DNA of 63,905 nucleotides, filler included, from Octopus bimaculoides (lineage: Eukaryota): NCBI RefSeq assembly GCF_001194135.2. It is 4 parts of 3 records of this genome, joined end to end, with 100 filler letters (N's around TTAATTAATTAA, not from the genome) between each part and the next. Parts side by side here need not be neighbours in the genome. Positions count along the whole stretch, not along the records: positions 45,328 to 63,905 come from NC_068981.1; 3 more parts are not named here. One strand, 5' to 3'. A model generated the notes under the pieces. It was given only the letters and a program-made list of their open reading frames with translations. It searched no databases and was not told the DNA's origin. Positions within the stretch are counted from its first letter, which is position 1; each line of letters opens with the position of its first letter. The translations under genes and the position numbers were made by a program. This document shows positions 50,971 through 63,858 of the stretch, one piece after another.

Positions 50971-52253
50971 ACTCTGGGGTTCGCATGAACAAAAAAGAAA
51001 CCCAGGAAGCTACCAACGAGATTGTCCTACGAATCATCGGAAACTCAGACACAATCGATAGGAATGACTCTCCCGTAACCTTCTGACTGCAAACCGTCTC
51101 AATCAGACGCCTTAATCGTACAAGCGAGAAAGTAAGTTTGTTTACGTTTAGAAAACACATCTCAACCTCATTACTGTGTAACGGGTGTCCTGGAAGCAAT
51201 CAAAGAAACCCTCGTTATTATTGTTTAATGTTGCGAGTTTAAAGAAACGATAGAAAGTATTTAACGAAATTGGCTCTAATTTCTCTACGCTTCAAATATT
51301 TAGTTGAATTTCTGTGCCGACTTTCTTTAAATTTTGGCACAAATGACGATGTCTTCCACCAGTCCTAGGTTCGAATATTCTATTACTAGTGGCAATGGTT
51401 CTCAATAGATAATTATCGCCAATCGATTCTACCTCAAATTGCTTTTATGTCTTATCAAAAAGACAACATTAATACTCCCCAACAAACATATGTTGGTGTT
51501 GGTAATTATCAGTAGTGCTGCTGCCACCGCCATCGTCGCCGCGATGACAATTAAAGTAATTGCTATTGTGCATTTATCGTTTGAAATCAACCGGAAGTAA
51601 TTCAGTATTTTGAGCCATCTTTATTCTCACACACCACACACATATATGTTCACGTCTTAGCCCCCCCCCCCTTTTTTTGTCTCCCCGCTATTATTTAATA
51701 TCTCTCACTCACAGCAAGGCGTAACCCTCGACTGATGGCACCAAAGAAAAAAAAAATAAAGGCGAAACATTAGAAGCAAACAAAACAGTTTAAGAAGGCC
51801 AAGTGCGTCTTTTTGTGCCTTTCTTCGCTGGCACCGTTTGCCATTTCTGTCTGAACAATTAATAGTAGGAGAGACGGAAGAACAACAAAATAGAGAATTA
51901 CCAAAAGAACTAAAGGACACGAAAATATAAAGAATAAAATGGAATTGAGGAAATAATGGTGGTGAGATGGGGGAGGCGGAGGGAACAATCGGTCGGTGAA
52001 TATAATGAATAGGATGAGGGGAAGGGCTGCATCGGGAACATTTGTAAGAGAGATCTATTAACAGATTATATTTAATACAATGAAATTAAATAATATTTAT
52101 GCGGCTTAGTATAAACAAATAGAATTAAATATGTTTCTTGATAGTATTGACGTATTAAAAGTAGGGCTTGATAGTAAAATCGGTAGAGCGCTGGAAAAAA
52201 TATCTCGTGTTGAAGCATTTTTCATAAATAAACATTGAAGCACCGAGTGAGTT

Positions 52254-52530
52254 GGTATTCGACAGAAAATTGAAGTAAAGCTCGAACGCAGGGTAGCAGT
52301 GAAAAGAGTTTAGAAGATCGAGTAGATACCCCTAAGAAGACGGAGGTAAAGTGGCCAGAGAATCAAAAACTGTACCACTGAAATTCCAGCTGAAGTACAA
52401 GGTTCGAGTGTCGGTAGCGGCTAATTGGCCACTTTTTTCTCCAGTCTTCTAAGGGTATCTACCCGATCTGCTAAACTGTTTCCGTAGCTATTCTGCGTTC
52501 GAGATTTACCTTAATTTCCTGTAAAATACC
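52254..52530. repeat. Long inverted repeat (arms 52254-52357 and 52426-52530; 68-nt spacer)
   Basis: Arms align at about 80% identity by eye, e.g. CTCGAACGCAG and GTAGATACCC shared. Confidence 0.85.
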
Positions 52531-53530
52531 TTGTTTTAGCTTTTAACGACAGCGTCTCATCTAACGAACTCAATATTATCAATATTCTACAATATTGAAC
52601 TTTGTCTTCTATTTTCCTGAGGTACATAAAATAGGTACCACTATTTAATCAACTATACCCTTCTTTCAGAGTATTTCACATGGTACTGTATCGATTAGGT
52701 TCACAGCATAAAATACAAAATAAGCATCCAATTGATCAACATCTGCTGTCTGGTAGTTTCGGGTGTGACAATTCCATTTCGAATGTACCATTCCACTTCT
52801 TATGATTGGAATCTTCCCTCCATTATCGCTTTCAAAGGGGCAAGTCGATCCTTGCCAGTCTCTACTTTCTTTATCGACCCTAAATCTTCCCTAAAATACC
52901 AAATAATGTGAAATGTGATTGCATATACTACGCTGTATCCGACTTGAACCTTAAACAGGTTCAGTAAACTGTTTGATTTTGTTTGGAGCCATGAATTTTA
53001 TTTACAAGAACAGAAATTTGTTATTTTAGGGAAGATCGATGAAATAAGTCTCTGTTGAGCACCAGGATGGATGTGATCGACTTGCCGTAAAATATATTCT
53101 TGTTTTCGACGCTACATCGATTCTTGCCAACTCCCTGCCCGCGATTGTTTATTGTTTCTGCCTTCCAAATCAATAAATTCCTGCAAGTATTTTCAAAGTA
53201 AATTTTTCTGTTGATTGAGTTAACACCTAAGTTAATTCGATTTAAGAGAATTGCGCAGAGACATGAACCCATTAGGTAATTCACTGGCAGAATTTGTGTG
53301 ACACACTGTCCATGGCAAGGGTGTACCTTCTGAATTCCAAGTACAATCCACTTCACGGGCTTCTATACAGTTTCTATTTATCGGGTGTCGCTCACCAAAT
53401 ATGATTCAACCCAACGGTATAGAAAGTAACATTTGACCAAGATGGCACACAGCGAGATCAAAAACGGAACCTCATGGTTGCGAAGTGAGCATCTTAACCA
53501 TTCAGTCACATTGCACTCACTCACTCACTC

Positions 53531-53584
<54 letters not shown>

Positions 53585-54438
53585 NNNNNNNNNNNNNNNN
53601 NNNNNNNNNNNNNNNNNNNNNNNNNNNNNNNNNNNNNNNNNNNNNNNNNNNNNNNNNNNNNNNNNNNNNNNNNNNNNNNNNNNNNNNNNNNNNNNNNNNN
53701 NNNNNNNNNNNNNNNNNNNNNNNNNNNNNNNNNNNNNNNNNNNNNNNNNNNNNNNNNNNNNNNNNNNNNNNNNNNNNNNNNNNNNNNNNNNNNNNNNNNN
53801 NNNNNNNNNNNNNNNNNNNNNNNNNNNNNNNNNNNNNNNNNNNNNNNNNNNNNNNNNNNNNNNNNNNNNNNNNNNNNNNNNNNNNNNNNNNNNNNNNNNN
53901 NNNNNNNNNNNNNNNNNNNNNNNNNNNNNNNNNNNNNNNNNNNNNNNNNNNNNNNNNNNNNNNNNNNNNNNNNNNNNNNNNNNNNNNNNNNNNNNNNNNN
54001 NNNNNNNNNNNNNNNNNNNNNNNNNNNNNNNNNNNNNNNNNNNNNNNNNNNNNNNNNNNNNNNNNNNNNNNNNNNNNNNNNNNNNNNNNNNNNNNNNNNN
54101 NNNNNNNNNNNNNNNNNNNNNNNNNNNNNNNNNNNNNNNNNNNNNNNNNNNNNNNNNNNNNNNNNNNNNNNNNNNNNNNNNNNNNNNNNNNNNNNNNNNN
54201 NNNNNNNNNNNNNNNNNNNNNNNNNNNNNNNNNNNNNNNNNNNNNNNNNNNNNNNNNNNNNNNNNNNNNNNNNNNNNNNNNNNNNNNNNNNNNNNNNNNN
54301 NNNNNNNNNNNNNNNNNNNNNNNNNNNNNNNNNNNNNNNNNNNNNNNNNNNNNNNNNNNNNNNNNNNNNNNNNNNNNNNNNNNNNNNNNNNNNNNNNNNN
54401 NNNNNNNNNNNNNNNNNNNNNNNNNNNNNNNNNNNNNN

Positions 54439-54499
<61 letters not shown>

Positions 54500-55708
54500 G
54501 GTATGAAATATTATTTGCTCAATGTGACAATTGTAAAAGGTGTTTTCTTTAAGTAGTTTATCTTGAAATAATCTTGTGAAACGTTCAAACATTTCACACA
54601 AAACACATCAAAGACTAGATTTAAATCTGGTTAATTCCACCAAAGAAACACTGCAATCAGCATCGTTCTTAGTCTGTTTTGGTAGAATATTTCTTACTCT
54701 CTTTCCTAATATTTTCCGTTGTTGCATCAATAACCAATTCTATTTTCAAGTCTGCACCAAGAATAGATGTCATTATAGCAATGTTGTTCTTTAACACTCG
54801 GTCAGTCTTGAGCAGGCACACTTATGTTCAACGACGTTTCAATCCTCTTATTATAATCGCATCGTTTTTTTTTTCTCTCAGCAGCCTTTCGGGTTTAATG
54901 TAATACTTACTAAGACATTATCCAAATTGGCCTTCAAATTTTAAAACAGTACAACCTAGTATGATGGATATTTAGCTGTTATGTCTTTGCAGGCGCGGTG
55001 ACTACGTAAGCGACTCTTTACTTTGTGATTATATTATCCGAACACTAATTCTACATTTGTAACAGATATAAAAACAAGGGACAGACAAGTTTTAGTATAG
55101 ATCTGAACACGTGGATTATAGGGGTATAATCGGGGTGGAAATTACAGAGGTTCCAATAGAACCAATGGTAGAACGATGTTAAGGGAAGACTGAAATTCTG
55201 CTGAAAACTACTTAAATATTTGTCACAAACGATCGTTTGAACAACGTCTGGTACAAATCATTCCTTACACTAGAAGTAAATGTGACTGCGGTATATTCAG
55301 CCACCCACATGGTAATATAAACGAACCTATAAAATCAGGTGGTGGGAGGGGAGTCAGCTTTGTCACACACAAATTGCTATGTAAATTGTCATTGGAGCAC
55401 ATGACTAGAACAAGTGTCTGACGAATATTCACTAATTTATAAGACAATACGTAAACCGTGCAGTTAATCAGATATAGTCGAAACCGACGGAGGATCGCCT
55501 TAATTTTTTCTCTCTCTCTCTCTCAGGCGTCTTCCACATCTACATTATCTGGATGGTCAAAGATGTGATGTCGCATTCGTGTAGTGATTAACATGACTTT
55601 TTACGGAAAACAGCAGCATTTAATTCACGCAGACGATGTTACAAGTTTGTGTGTGTGTGTGTACATATATAGTGATGTGATTGGTGGAGTAATATTATAA
55701 TCGAGGAA

Positions 55709-56530
55709 GGCGGTGGGCTGTCAGAAACGTTAGTGCGCCGGGCGAAATGCTTAGCGGTATTTCGTCTGTCTTTACGTTCTGAGTTCAAATTCCGCCGAGG
55801 TCGACTTCGTCTTTCATCCTTTCGGGGTCGATAAATTAAGTACCAGTTACGCACTGGGGTCGATGTAATCGACTTAATTCCTTTTTCTGTCCTTGTTTGT
55901 TCCCTCTATGTTTAGCCCCTTGTGGGCTATAAAGAAATAAGAAACGTCAGTACGCCGGGCGAAATGCTTAGCGGTATTTCGTCTGTCTGAGCTCAAATTC
56001 CGCCGAGGTNNNNNNNNNNCCGAGGTCGACTTCGTCTTTCATCCTTTCGGGGTCGATAAATTAAGTACCAGTTACGCACTGGGGTCGATGTAATCGACTT
56101 AATTCCTTTTTCTGTCCTTGTTTGTTCCCTCTATGTTTAGCCCCTTGTGGGCTATAAAGAAATAAGAAACGTCAGTACGCCGGGCGAAATGCTTAGCGGT
56201 ATTTCGTCTGTCTGAGCTCAAATTCCGCCGAGGTCGACTTTGCCTTTCATCCTTTCGGGGTCGATAAATTAAGTACCAGTTACACACTGGGGTGAATCTA
56301 ATCGACTGGCTCCTTCCCAAAAGTTTAGAGCCTTGTTGCCTAGAGTAGGGAAAATGCTCAGCGGCATTTCGTCCGTCGTTACGTTCTGGGTTCCAATGCC
56401 ACCGCAGTTGACTTTACCTTTTATCTAATCTGGAGGGTTGATAAAATAAGTACCAGTTGTGCTCTAGAATTGATACAATCGACCCCTTTACCCCTTGAAA
56501 TTGCTGGCCTTGTGCCAAAATATGAAACCA
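55709..56530 (+). mobile_element. Head-to-tail array of SINE family A copies (partly duplicated by assembly)
   Basis: Repeated heads and central domains; the sequence after the 10-N gap repeats the sequence before it. Confidence 0.85.
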
Positions 56531-56735
56531 ATATTATAATGGAGAGTGAAAATAGAGAGGATAAAATATTATAGAAATTTAGGTACGAAAAGTTGGGGCC
56601 GCATTATATTCAACATTGCACGAGGAAATAAAGTCCACATGTGTGCCTAAGCACGATTTCAAAAGCATCTGTATAATGCAAACATACTATCTTATACACA
56701 CACACACACTATTAGCAGCCTGTTTGATAATTCCC

Positions 56736-56780
<45 letters not shown>

Positions 56781-57251
56781 AATACATTATATCGGCAGAT
56801 TAAGCGAATATACACCATTTTGTTTTGTCTTGTGTATGTTAATATCACACACAAACACATAATCACATACTGTATCAATATATATTGGTGTATGTAATGT
56901 TATATTTATACAAATATAAATCTAGAGATACATGTAAATATATGTACCCACGTGAGTGCGTGTGTATATATATATGCGTGTGAGTGCGTGTGTGTGTGTA
57001 AATCGATAGATAGACATCTCCATTGCTCGATGTGTAGATTTTGACAAGTGTTCACTTCAAAGAGGGAGATGAAATTAAATTTTCACAAATAAAAATTCCA
57101 TTATTGAAAACACAAGTTATTAACGGAGTGATTGTTTACATCTTGTAATACAGAGAGAGAGGGGGGGAGAGAGTATTACTAAATATTGAGAGTTTCCGTG
57201 AGTACTGCTTGTGTGGCGCCCACTAGTGGCGAGCTGAGACCTTATATATAT

Positions 57252-57305
<54 letters not shown>

Positions 57306-57510
57306 ATATATACATATATATACGTATGTATGTACACTATTGTTATTTTATATATATCATACATATACACAAACATCTTATATATACGTGTGTATGAGTA
57401 TATGAATGTATGTGTGTATCTGTGTGTGTAGATATGTGGGTCCATGTGTAGACGTATAAACTGTAGTTGTTTATCATGTAATACACAGGCATATACATCA
57501 ATATATACAT

Positions 57511-57545
<35 letters not shown>

Positions 57546-57655
57546 TGTGTGTTTGTGAAAATAGAGAAAGAAAATGTTACTGATGTGCTGTTAGCTTACC
57601 ACAGTAGGACAAATTAAAATTATTTCACTCTTTGAACCAATATCTCATTGTATCG

Positions 57656-57709
<54 letters not shown>

Positions 57710-58419
57710 GTGTNNNNNNNNNNNNNNNNNNNNNNNNNNNNNNNNNNNNNNNNNNNNNNNNNNNNNNNNNNNNNNNNNNNNNNNNNNNNNNNNNNNNNNN
57801 NNNNNNNNNNNNNNNNNNNNNNNNNNNNNNNNNNNNNNNNNNNNNNNNNNNNNNNNNNNNNNNNNNNNNNNNNNNNNNNNNNNNNNNNNNNNNNNNNNNN
57901 NNNNNNNNNNNNNNNNNNNNNNNNNNNNNNNNNNNNNNNNNNNNNNNNNNNNNNNNNNNNNNNNNNNNNNNNNNNNNNNNNNNNNNNNNNNNNNNNNNNN
58001 NNNNNNNNNNNNNNNNNNNNNNNNNNNNNNNNNNNNNNNNNNNNNNNNNNNNNNNNNNNNNNNNNNNNNNNNNNNNNNNNNNNNNNNNNNNNNNNNNNNN
58101 NNNNNNNNNNNNNNNNNNNNNNNNNNNNNNNNNNNNNNNNNNNNNNNNNNNNNNNNNNNNNNNNNNNNNNNNNNNNNNNNNNNNNNNNNNNNNNNNNNNN
58201 NNNNNNNNNNNNNNNNNNNNNNNNNNNNNNNNNNNNNNNNNNNNNNNNNNNNNNNNNNNNNNNNNNNNNNNNNNNNNNNNNNNNNNNNNNNNNNNNNNNN
58301 NNNNNNNNNNNNNNNNNNNNNNNNNNNNNNNNNNNNNNNNNNNNNNNNNNNNNNNNNNNNNNNNNNNNNNNNNNNNNNNNNNNNNNNNNNNNNNNNNNNN
58401 NNNNNNNNNNNNNNNNNNN

Positions 58420-58468
<49 letters not shown>

Positions 58469-58559
58469 TAAGTATGAGCGGCTAAATATAATAGCATATT
58501 CATGTAGAGTTGGAAATAAGCAGACAGGAATGTTCAACTGTATATAATTACATAGACGC

Positions 58560-58960
58560 ATGTTTTTGTATAACTCTTGAGACAGAAACATGGCGAATTT
58601 GCATAATCGTTAGAGCATCCGATGACACGTTGATAATCGTTTTGTCGCCTGCAATTGATGTTCAATTCCGGCTGAGGAGATCTTCGCTTTTCACCCTTTC
58701 CGCGTCGACAGTAAAATACCAGTTCTGTAGTAGGGTCGGCTCTCCTGTATGTCATTGTTGTGGATGCAATTGGCTCTTATCGAACGTAACGAGGGATGGT
58801 CTCCGCCAGGTTTAAAACAGCCGAAGTAATGGCGTATGTCAGGTATATATACCCTTTCGATTTCATCAATCAGAGCCTTAGAGGTGAGATGTTCTGCCAA
58901 GACACACTAAAGACATGTCAGGAATAAAACCGGACGCCCTAATAACGTGTTGAAGGCCCA
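58560..58960 (-). mobile_element. RTE-group LINE C-terminal fragment
   Basis: Frameshifted VSWQ/EHLTSKALIDEI...IRHYFGC and ELVFY...GEKRRSPQP, resembling RTE C-terminal motifs. Confidence 0.5.
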
Positions 58961-59614
58961 AGGTAAAACTAGACTTCTATAGTTCTATATAACCTCATAG
59001 AATTGTACGGATCTACGACTGAAAATCAAGATGCTATTGTTAATATCATTTATATTCTAAGAACACAACCGTATATACAAGACAAAAGTTAGAAATGCAT
59101 TCATTCATACATACACGCATATATATATATATATATATATATGCATATGCGTGTGTGTTGATATGTATGGTGTCGAAATGAAACGCTAGATTCCAAAGAT
59201 AAATCGAAACTGGAGGTGATTTTTTTTAAATGTGAGAGAGAAGTGGGAAGAATGGGGGAGAGGAGGGGTGGGAATATCTGGGGCCAATCGAGAAGTAGGA
59301 GTTAAGATAATTGGTTGCGATTGGTTGTGTTGCAACGGAATCTATGAAGAAAAATGATAGAAACAACGATGGCAAGGTTTTGAGTTGAAGGAGCTGTCAG
59401 AGAGATTGATGGATGAGAAAAGGAGAGAATGCAGAAGAAGAACAAAGGAGATGAATTCATAACACCACACACACACACACACACACACACGCACAGACAG
59501 ACAGACACACACACACATCGTTTGTCACACATTCTCTAATGTTAAGGATTCACGTAGATTTCGTACTGCTTAGTAAAAAAAGGTTCTTCTGCCTTTAGGC
59601 AATGTGGTGCATCT

Positions 59615-59656
<42 letters not shown>

Positions 59657-60874
59657 AGAGAGGGAGAGAAGGAAAGAGAGAAAGAGAGAGGGTGAGAGAA
59701 AGAGGGAAAATTGTTATGTATTGACAATGTTTGATAGTAAGGTGAAGAATGTAAATTGATGGTTGGGTTTTGAAATAGAATTGAGTGGAATTATGGTTTC
59801 CCTGTAATTGTAAGAAGTTTGTGTATTTCGTTGCAGGTGTTTAAAATGTCAAGATCAATGACACAAATGACAAACTGACATTGATTAGATATAGTTTATT
59901 AATCTGTATTGAACGAACGACTTCGATGAATATTCGCGATCACTTCAATTCATTTTACTCGTCATTGCTTCGTATCTTGTCAAGTCATCGTCGTCGCCAT
60001 TGTTGCTGTTGTTTAACCACATCTTCCAAGTAGACTTCTAGTCAGAGGTATGACCGTTAATAGCATAATATATCTTGGACTATATTATCTAAATGTGCCC
60101 TTCTAGTTTTGAAACCAATAGGGTGTAATCTGGAGGGATTATGCATGTGTTTTTCTAGCAAGTCTTTGCTGGTTGACCACACAGAACCTTGTTTATTTTC
60201 TCATGCCGAAGTCTGTTGGATGAAGAATGACCAAAGCTACATAGCACCATCAACAGCAACAAGCTTAGAACTCTTCAAACAGAGACAGCAGGAGATAAAT
60301 TATGTATCTTACAGAGACAGACGACATCACTGGGGTGAGAGTACAGATCATGGCGATTTTTCAGCGGCCTTTAGAATAGATTATACTAAACTCTGCTATC
60401 AAAAATCATGTAGAGGCAGTGATTGGTCCACTGGAGACATGTGATTAAAGACGCTATTATTCTTATATTGCGATATAAAATAAAATAAATAAATCCTCTA
60501 CCACGATTTTAGAACTCACAAAACATATAAAAACAAAAGACACATAACAAAACAAACAAAAGTAAAAAAACAAATGAGAATTTCGGTTAAATGTACCGAA
60601 AGGTATGAAATTCTTGCGGCAAAGTTGGTGAAATGCGAGGAAAGTAATGGAGTTGATTCGGTTAGAAAGTGTTATGTTAAAAAATACATCGTGCTGAGAT
60701 GATTACGAAGGCTTCGTATAAAGAGGTTTGCTATGAAAATACGTTGCAGAAGGAATGAACGCTCGCCAGACACCAGGTATCATGTTAATAAGAGTGTTAC
60801 AACATTAGAATCACAATCCGGAAGACTATTTCGGAAATATAAGAAGCTTGAAAGGGAACAAGATTCTCACTCAC

Positions 60875-61055
60875 CTGCTCGGGTTTCAGTCCTGGCGGCA
60901 CCCATGTAAATTCCTCCAGCGGACAGCCGCTATCATCGTCGGAAGTTGAATTTCGCTTCACATTATGAACAGTTTTATCCGGATGTTTTTCCTTTTCTGT
61001 AACACCTCCCAGATCGTGAATTTCGTAGGGGCACTTGCAATGTAAGCAGATTTTC
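60875..61055 (-). CDS. prickle: Internal coding exon of a prickle-family gene (end of Cys-rich N-terminal segment plus start of PET domain)
   Basis: Translation (R)[14 protein letters not shown]...[27 protein letters not shown] matches the Prickle hallmark SDDDSGCxLEExxWVPPGLxPEQ. Acceptor ttgtatttcag|G at 61056/61055 and perfect donor CAG|gtgagt at 60875/60874. The exon is 181 nt, phase 2 in and phase 0 out. Confidence 0.93.
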
Positions 61056-61240
61056 CTGAAATACAAGCAAATGCTTCAATGAATTTTCTTCGCCTTTAAA
61101 CAATGATAAACACAACTATATTCAAAAAAGGAAATAAAAATTAAATTTGAAAATGAAATAAATTTACAAAAATACTTAAAACAATAGAATTAAAATATAA
61201 CAATAATAAACAAAAAAGAAAAATTGTTGCTGTTGTTGGT

Positions 61241-61260
61241 ATTATTATTATTATTATTAT

Positions 61261-61354
<94 letters not shown>
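61241..61354. repeat. (TAT)n joined to (TAA)n microsatellite
   Basis: Direct reading. Confidence 0.97.
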
Positions 61355-61356
<2 letters not shown>

Positions 61357-61810
61357 GGCGGCGAGCTGGCAGAGTCGTTAGCAAGGCCGGGCGAAATGCT
61401 TAGCGGTATTTCGCTCGTCGCTACGTTCTGAGTTCAAATTCCGCCGATAGACTTTGCCTTTCATCCTTTCGGGGTCGATAAGTTAAGAACCAGTGAAACA
61501 CTGGGGTCGATGTAATCGAATTTTTCCCTCCACCACCCGCAATACGAGGCCTTGTGCCTCCAGTAGAACGGATTATTATTATTATTATTATTTATTATTA
61601 TTATTATTATTCGATAAGGCGACGAGCTGACAGAATCGTTAGCACGATAGACAACATGTTTCGCAGCATTTTAACTGTCTTTGCGTTTTTAGTTCAAATT
61701 CTGCCTTTCATCCTTTGGGATCAATAAAGTAGGGGCCTACATTGAGTAACGATGTAAATCAACTTAGTTCCCTCCCCACCCAAATTTCAGGCCTTGTATC
61801 TATAGTACAC
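61355..61810 (+). mobile_element. Two tandem SINE family A copies (61355-61570; 61616-61810)
   Basis: AAGGCGRCGAGCTGRCAG heads; (ATT)n tail between the copies. Confidence 0.85.
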
Positions 61811-61876
61811 ATCATCATTATTAGGGTGGTGAATAGGTAGGGTCTGCAGCGTTACAGGCAAAACGTATTGAGGTCG

Positions 61877-61924
<48 letters not shown>

Positions 61925-62060
61925 TAGTTTGATAAGTACCAGCGCACGAAACTCTCGGACCTTGAGTCACTCTCTTTTACTAAATATTAATAAAAACTAT
62001 ACATGTACTCATATTTTGAGTTCTATTTTTCCTGGTTGTATCAACGTCCCTATATATATG

Positions 62061-62298
62061 CATATATGTGTGTGTGATCGTGTTCTGAAAAGCAGGACAC
62101 GTGAATCATATGACGTCACATGAAAATCGAAATGCTCAGGTAGATAATAATTTTGAACACCAACGGCTTCTTACGACTTGTGTCACGTGTCACAAAGCTT
62201 GTAAGACAATATCTGAACTTAAAACACATATTCTAGATCACAAAAACATTCCCTTCAGAATCAGATTCCAAAAGAGCAAAGACATGGGAGAAACATAA
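62061..62298 (+). pseudogene. Decayed two-finger C2H2 fragment, probably an RTE-type LINE C-terminus
   Basis: CVCDRVLKS/AGHVNHMTSH (frameshift near 62090), linker, then CVTCHKACKTISELKTHILDH. No TGEKP linkers. Confidence 0.55.
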
Positions 62299-62434
62299 AT
62301 AATATCTGTCATTTGTGTTTTAAACCCTGTCAGTCATCAGCTGGTCTTAAAAGTCATCAACGGAGGGATTGTGCTGTGTGATGGGGTGTGGGGTGTGTGT
62401 GTGTGTTGATGGGACGGCTATCACCTGCCAAGAT

Positions 62435-62804
62435 GAAGCAACCACCATCATCATATGGTGGTTGTCTAACCCTTATGCAGAGTCTGGCCACCTCTTATAC
62501 CTACACCTTAGAACCATCATGACATCTGATGTGACTTTTTAAACCAGACAATGTATTGAAAAGACACCCACAGAGATTGCATATACGGTTTGGACCACCA
62601 AGAGCTGCAGTTAAGTTCTGATCTTTGTGGATCTTAAAATTTCTTTTGAGGCCTCTGTTAGATTTGCAGACCTTATGGCATGCACAGGTATGTAGGCAAA
62701 GTAGTCGGTGGAGGTTCGTTTCTCATGGGTCCGCAAATGAGATTTGAGCCCAGCAAAATAAAGGCATGGTCTGTCACAAACTGTGCACACAAAAACATCA
62801 TCAT

Positions 62805-62808
<4 letters not shown>
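62435..62808 (-). pseudogene. Decayed three-finger C2H2 fragment with stop and 3' UTR hairpin, probably an RTE-type LINE 3' end
   Basis: FVCTVCDRPCLYFAGLKSHLRTH / (frameshift) C.CHKVCKSNRGLKRNFKIH / CNLCGCLFNTLSGLKSHIRCHDGSKV* with the stop at 62503-62501; 10-bp stem at 62439-62464. Confidence 0.65.
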
Positions 62809-62852
<44 letters not shown>

Positions 62853-63548
62853 NNNNNNNNNNNNNNNNNNNNNNNNNNNNNNNNNNNNNNNNNNNNNNNN
62901 NNNNNNNNNNNNNNNNNNNNNNNNNNNNNNNNNNNNNNNNNNNNNNNNNNNNNNNNNNNNNNNNNNNNNNNNNNNNNNNNNNNNNNNNNNNNNNNNNNNN
63001 NNNNNNNNNNNNNNNNNNNNNNNNNNNNNNNNNNNNNNNNNNNNNNNNNNNNNNNNNNNNNNNNNNNNNNNNNNNNNNNNNNNNNNNNNNNNNNNNNNNN
63101 NNNNNNNNNNNNNNNNNNNNNNNNNNNNNNNNNNNNNNNNNNNNNNNNNNNNNNNNNNNNNNNNNNNNNNNNNNNNNNNNNNNNNNNNNNNNNNNNNNNN
63201 NNNNNNNNNNNNNNNNNNNNNNNNNNNNNNNNNNNNNNNNNNNNNNNNNNNNNNNNNNNNNNNNNNNNNNNNNNNNNNNNNNNNNNNNNNNNNNNNNNNN
63301 NNNNNNNNNNNNNNNNNNNNNNNNNNNNNNNNNNNNNNNNNNNNNNNNNNNNNNNNNNNNNNNNNNNNNNNNNNNNNNNNNNNNNNNNNNNNNNNNNNNN
63401 NNNNNNNNNNNNNNNNNNNNNNNNNNNNNNNNNNNNNNNNNNNNNNNNNNNNNNNNNNNNNNNNNNNNNNNNNNNNNNNNNNNNNNNNNNNNNNNNNNNN
63501 NNNNNNNNNNNNNNNNNNNNNNNNNNNNNNNNNNNNNNNNNNNNNNNN

Positions 63549-63598
<50 letters not shown>

Positions 63599-63858
63599 TC
63601 ACAGTTAATAGAAGGGCAAAGAAAAAATCGTGCTAGATGCAGGGTGTGTGTATTGTAAAGAATATTTCGGTGAACGAGTACACGACGCAAAAATCATTCT
63701 CTTCGGAAACGCGCTCGTTCACGCATACATTAGCCTTTTCACACACACGCACACAGTGTGTGTATATGTGTGTGATTCATATATATATATATATCCCACG
63801 TTTACACAGTGGATAGTTTCCTCCAACTGCTGTGCAGAGCGAAATCGAGTAAATTGCG

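Noticed and set aside
55794-56230. Exact ~215-bp tandem duplication across the 10-N gap at 56010-56019
   Set aside because: Identical sequence on both sides of a minimal gap is the signature of unmerged overlapping contig ends.
59280-59340. CCAAT boxes and an X-box-like palindrome as an internal promoter
   Set aside because: Short motifs expected by chance; no transcript evidence available from sequence alone.
60109-60444. 111-aa plus-strand ORF as a gene antisense to prickle
   Set aside because: No recognisable domain or splice support. Faint SYRDR and VIGP similarity suggests a decayed RTE LINE, too weak to call.
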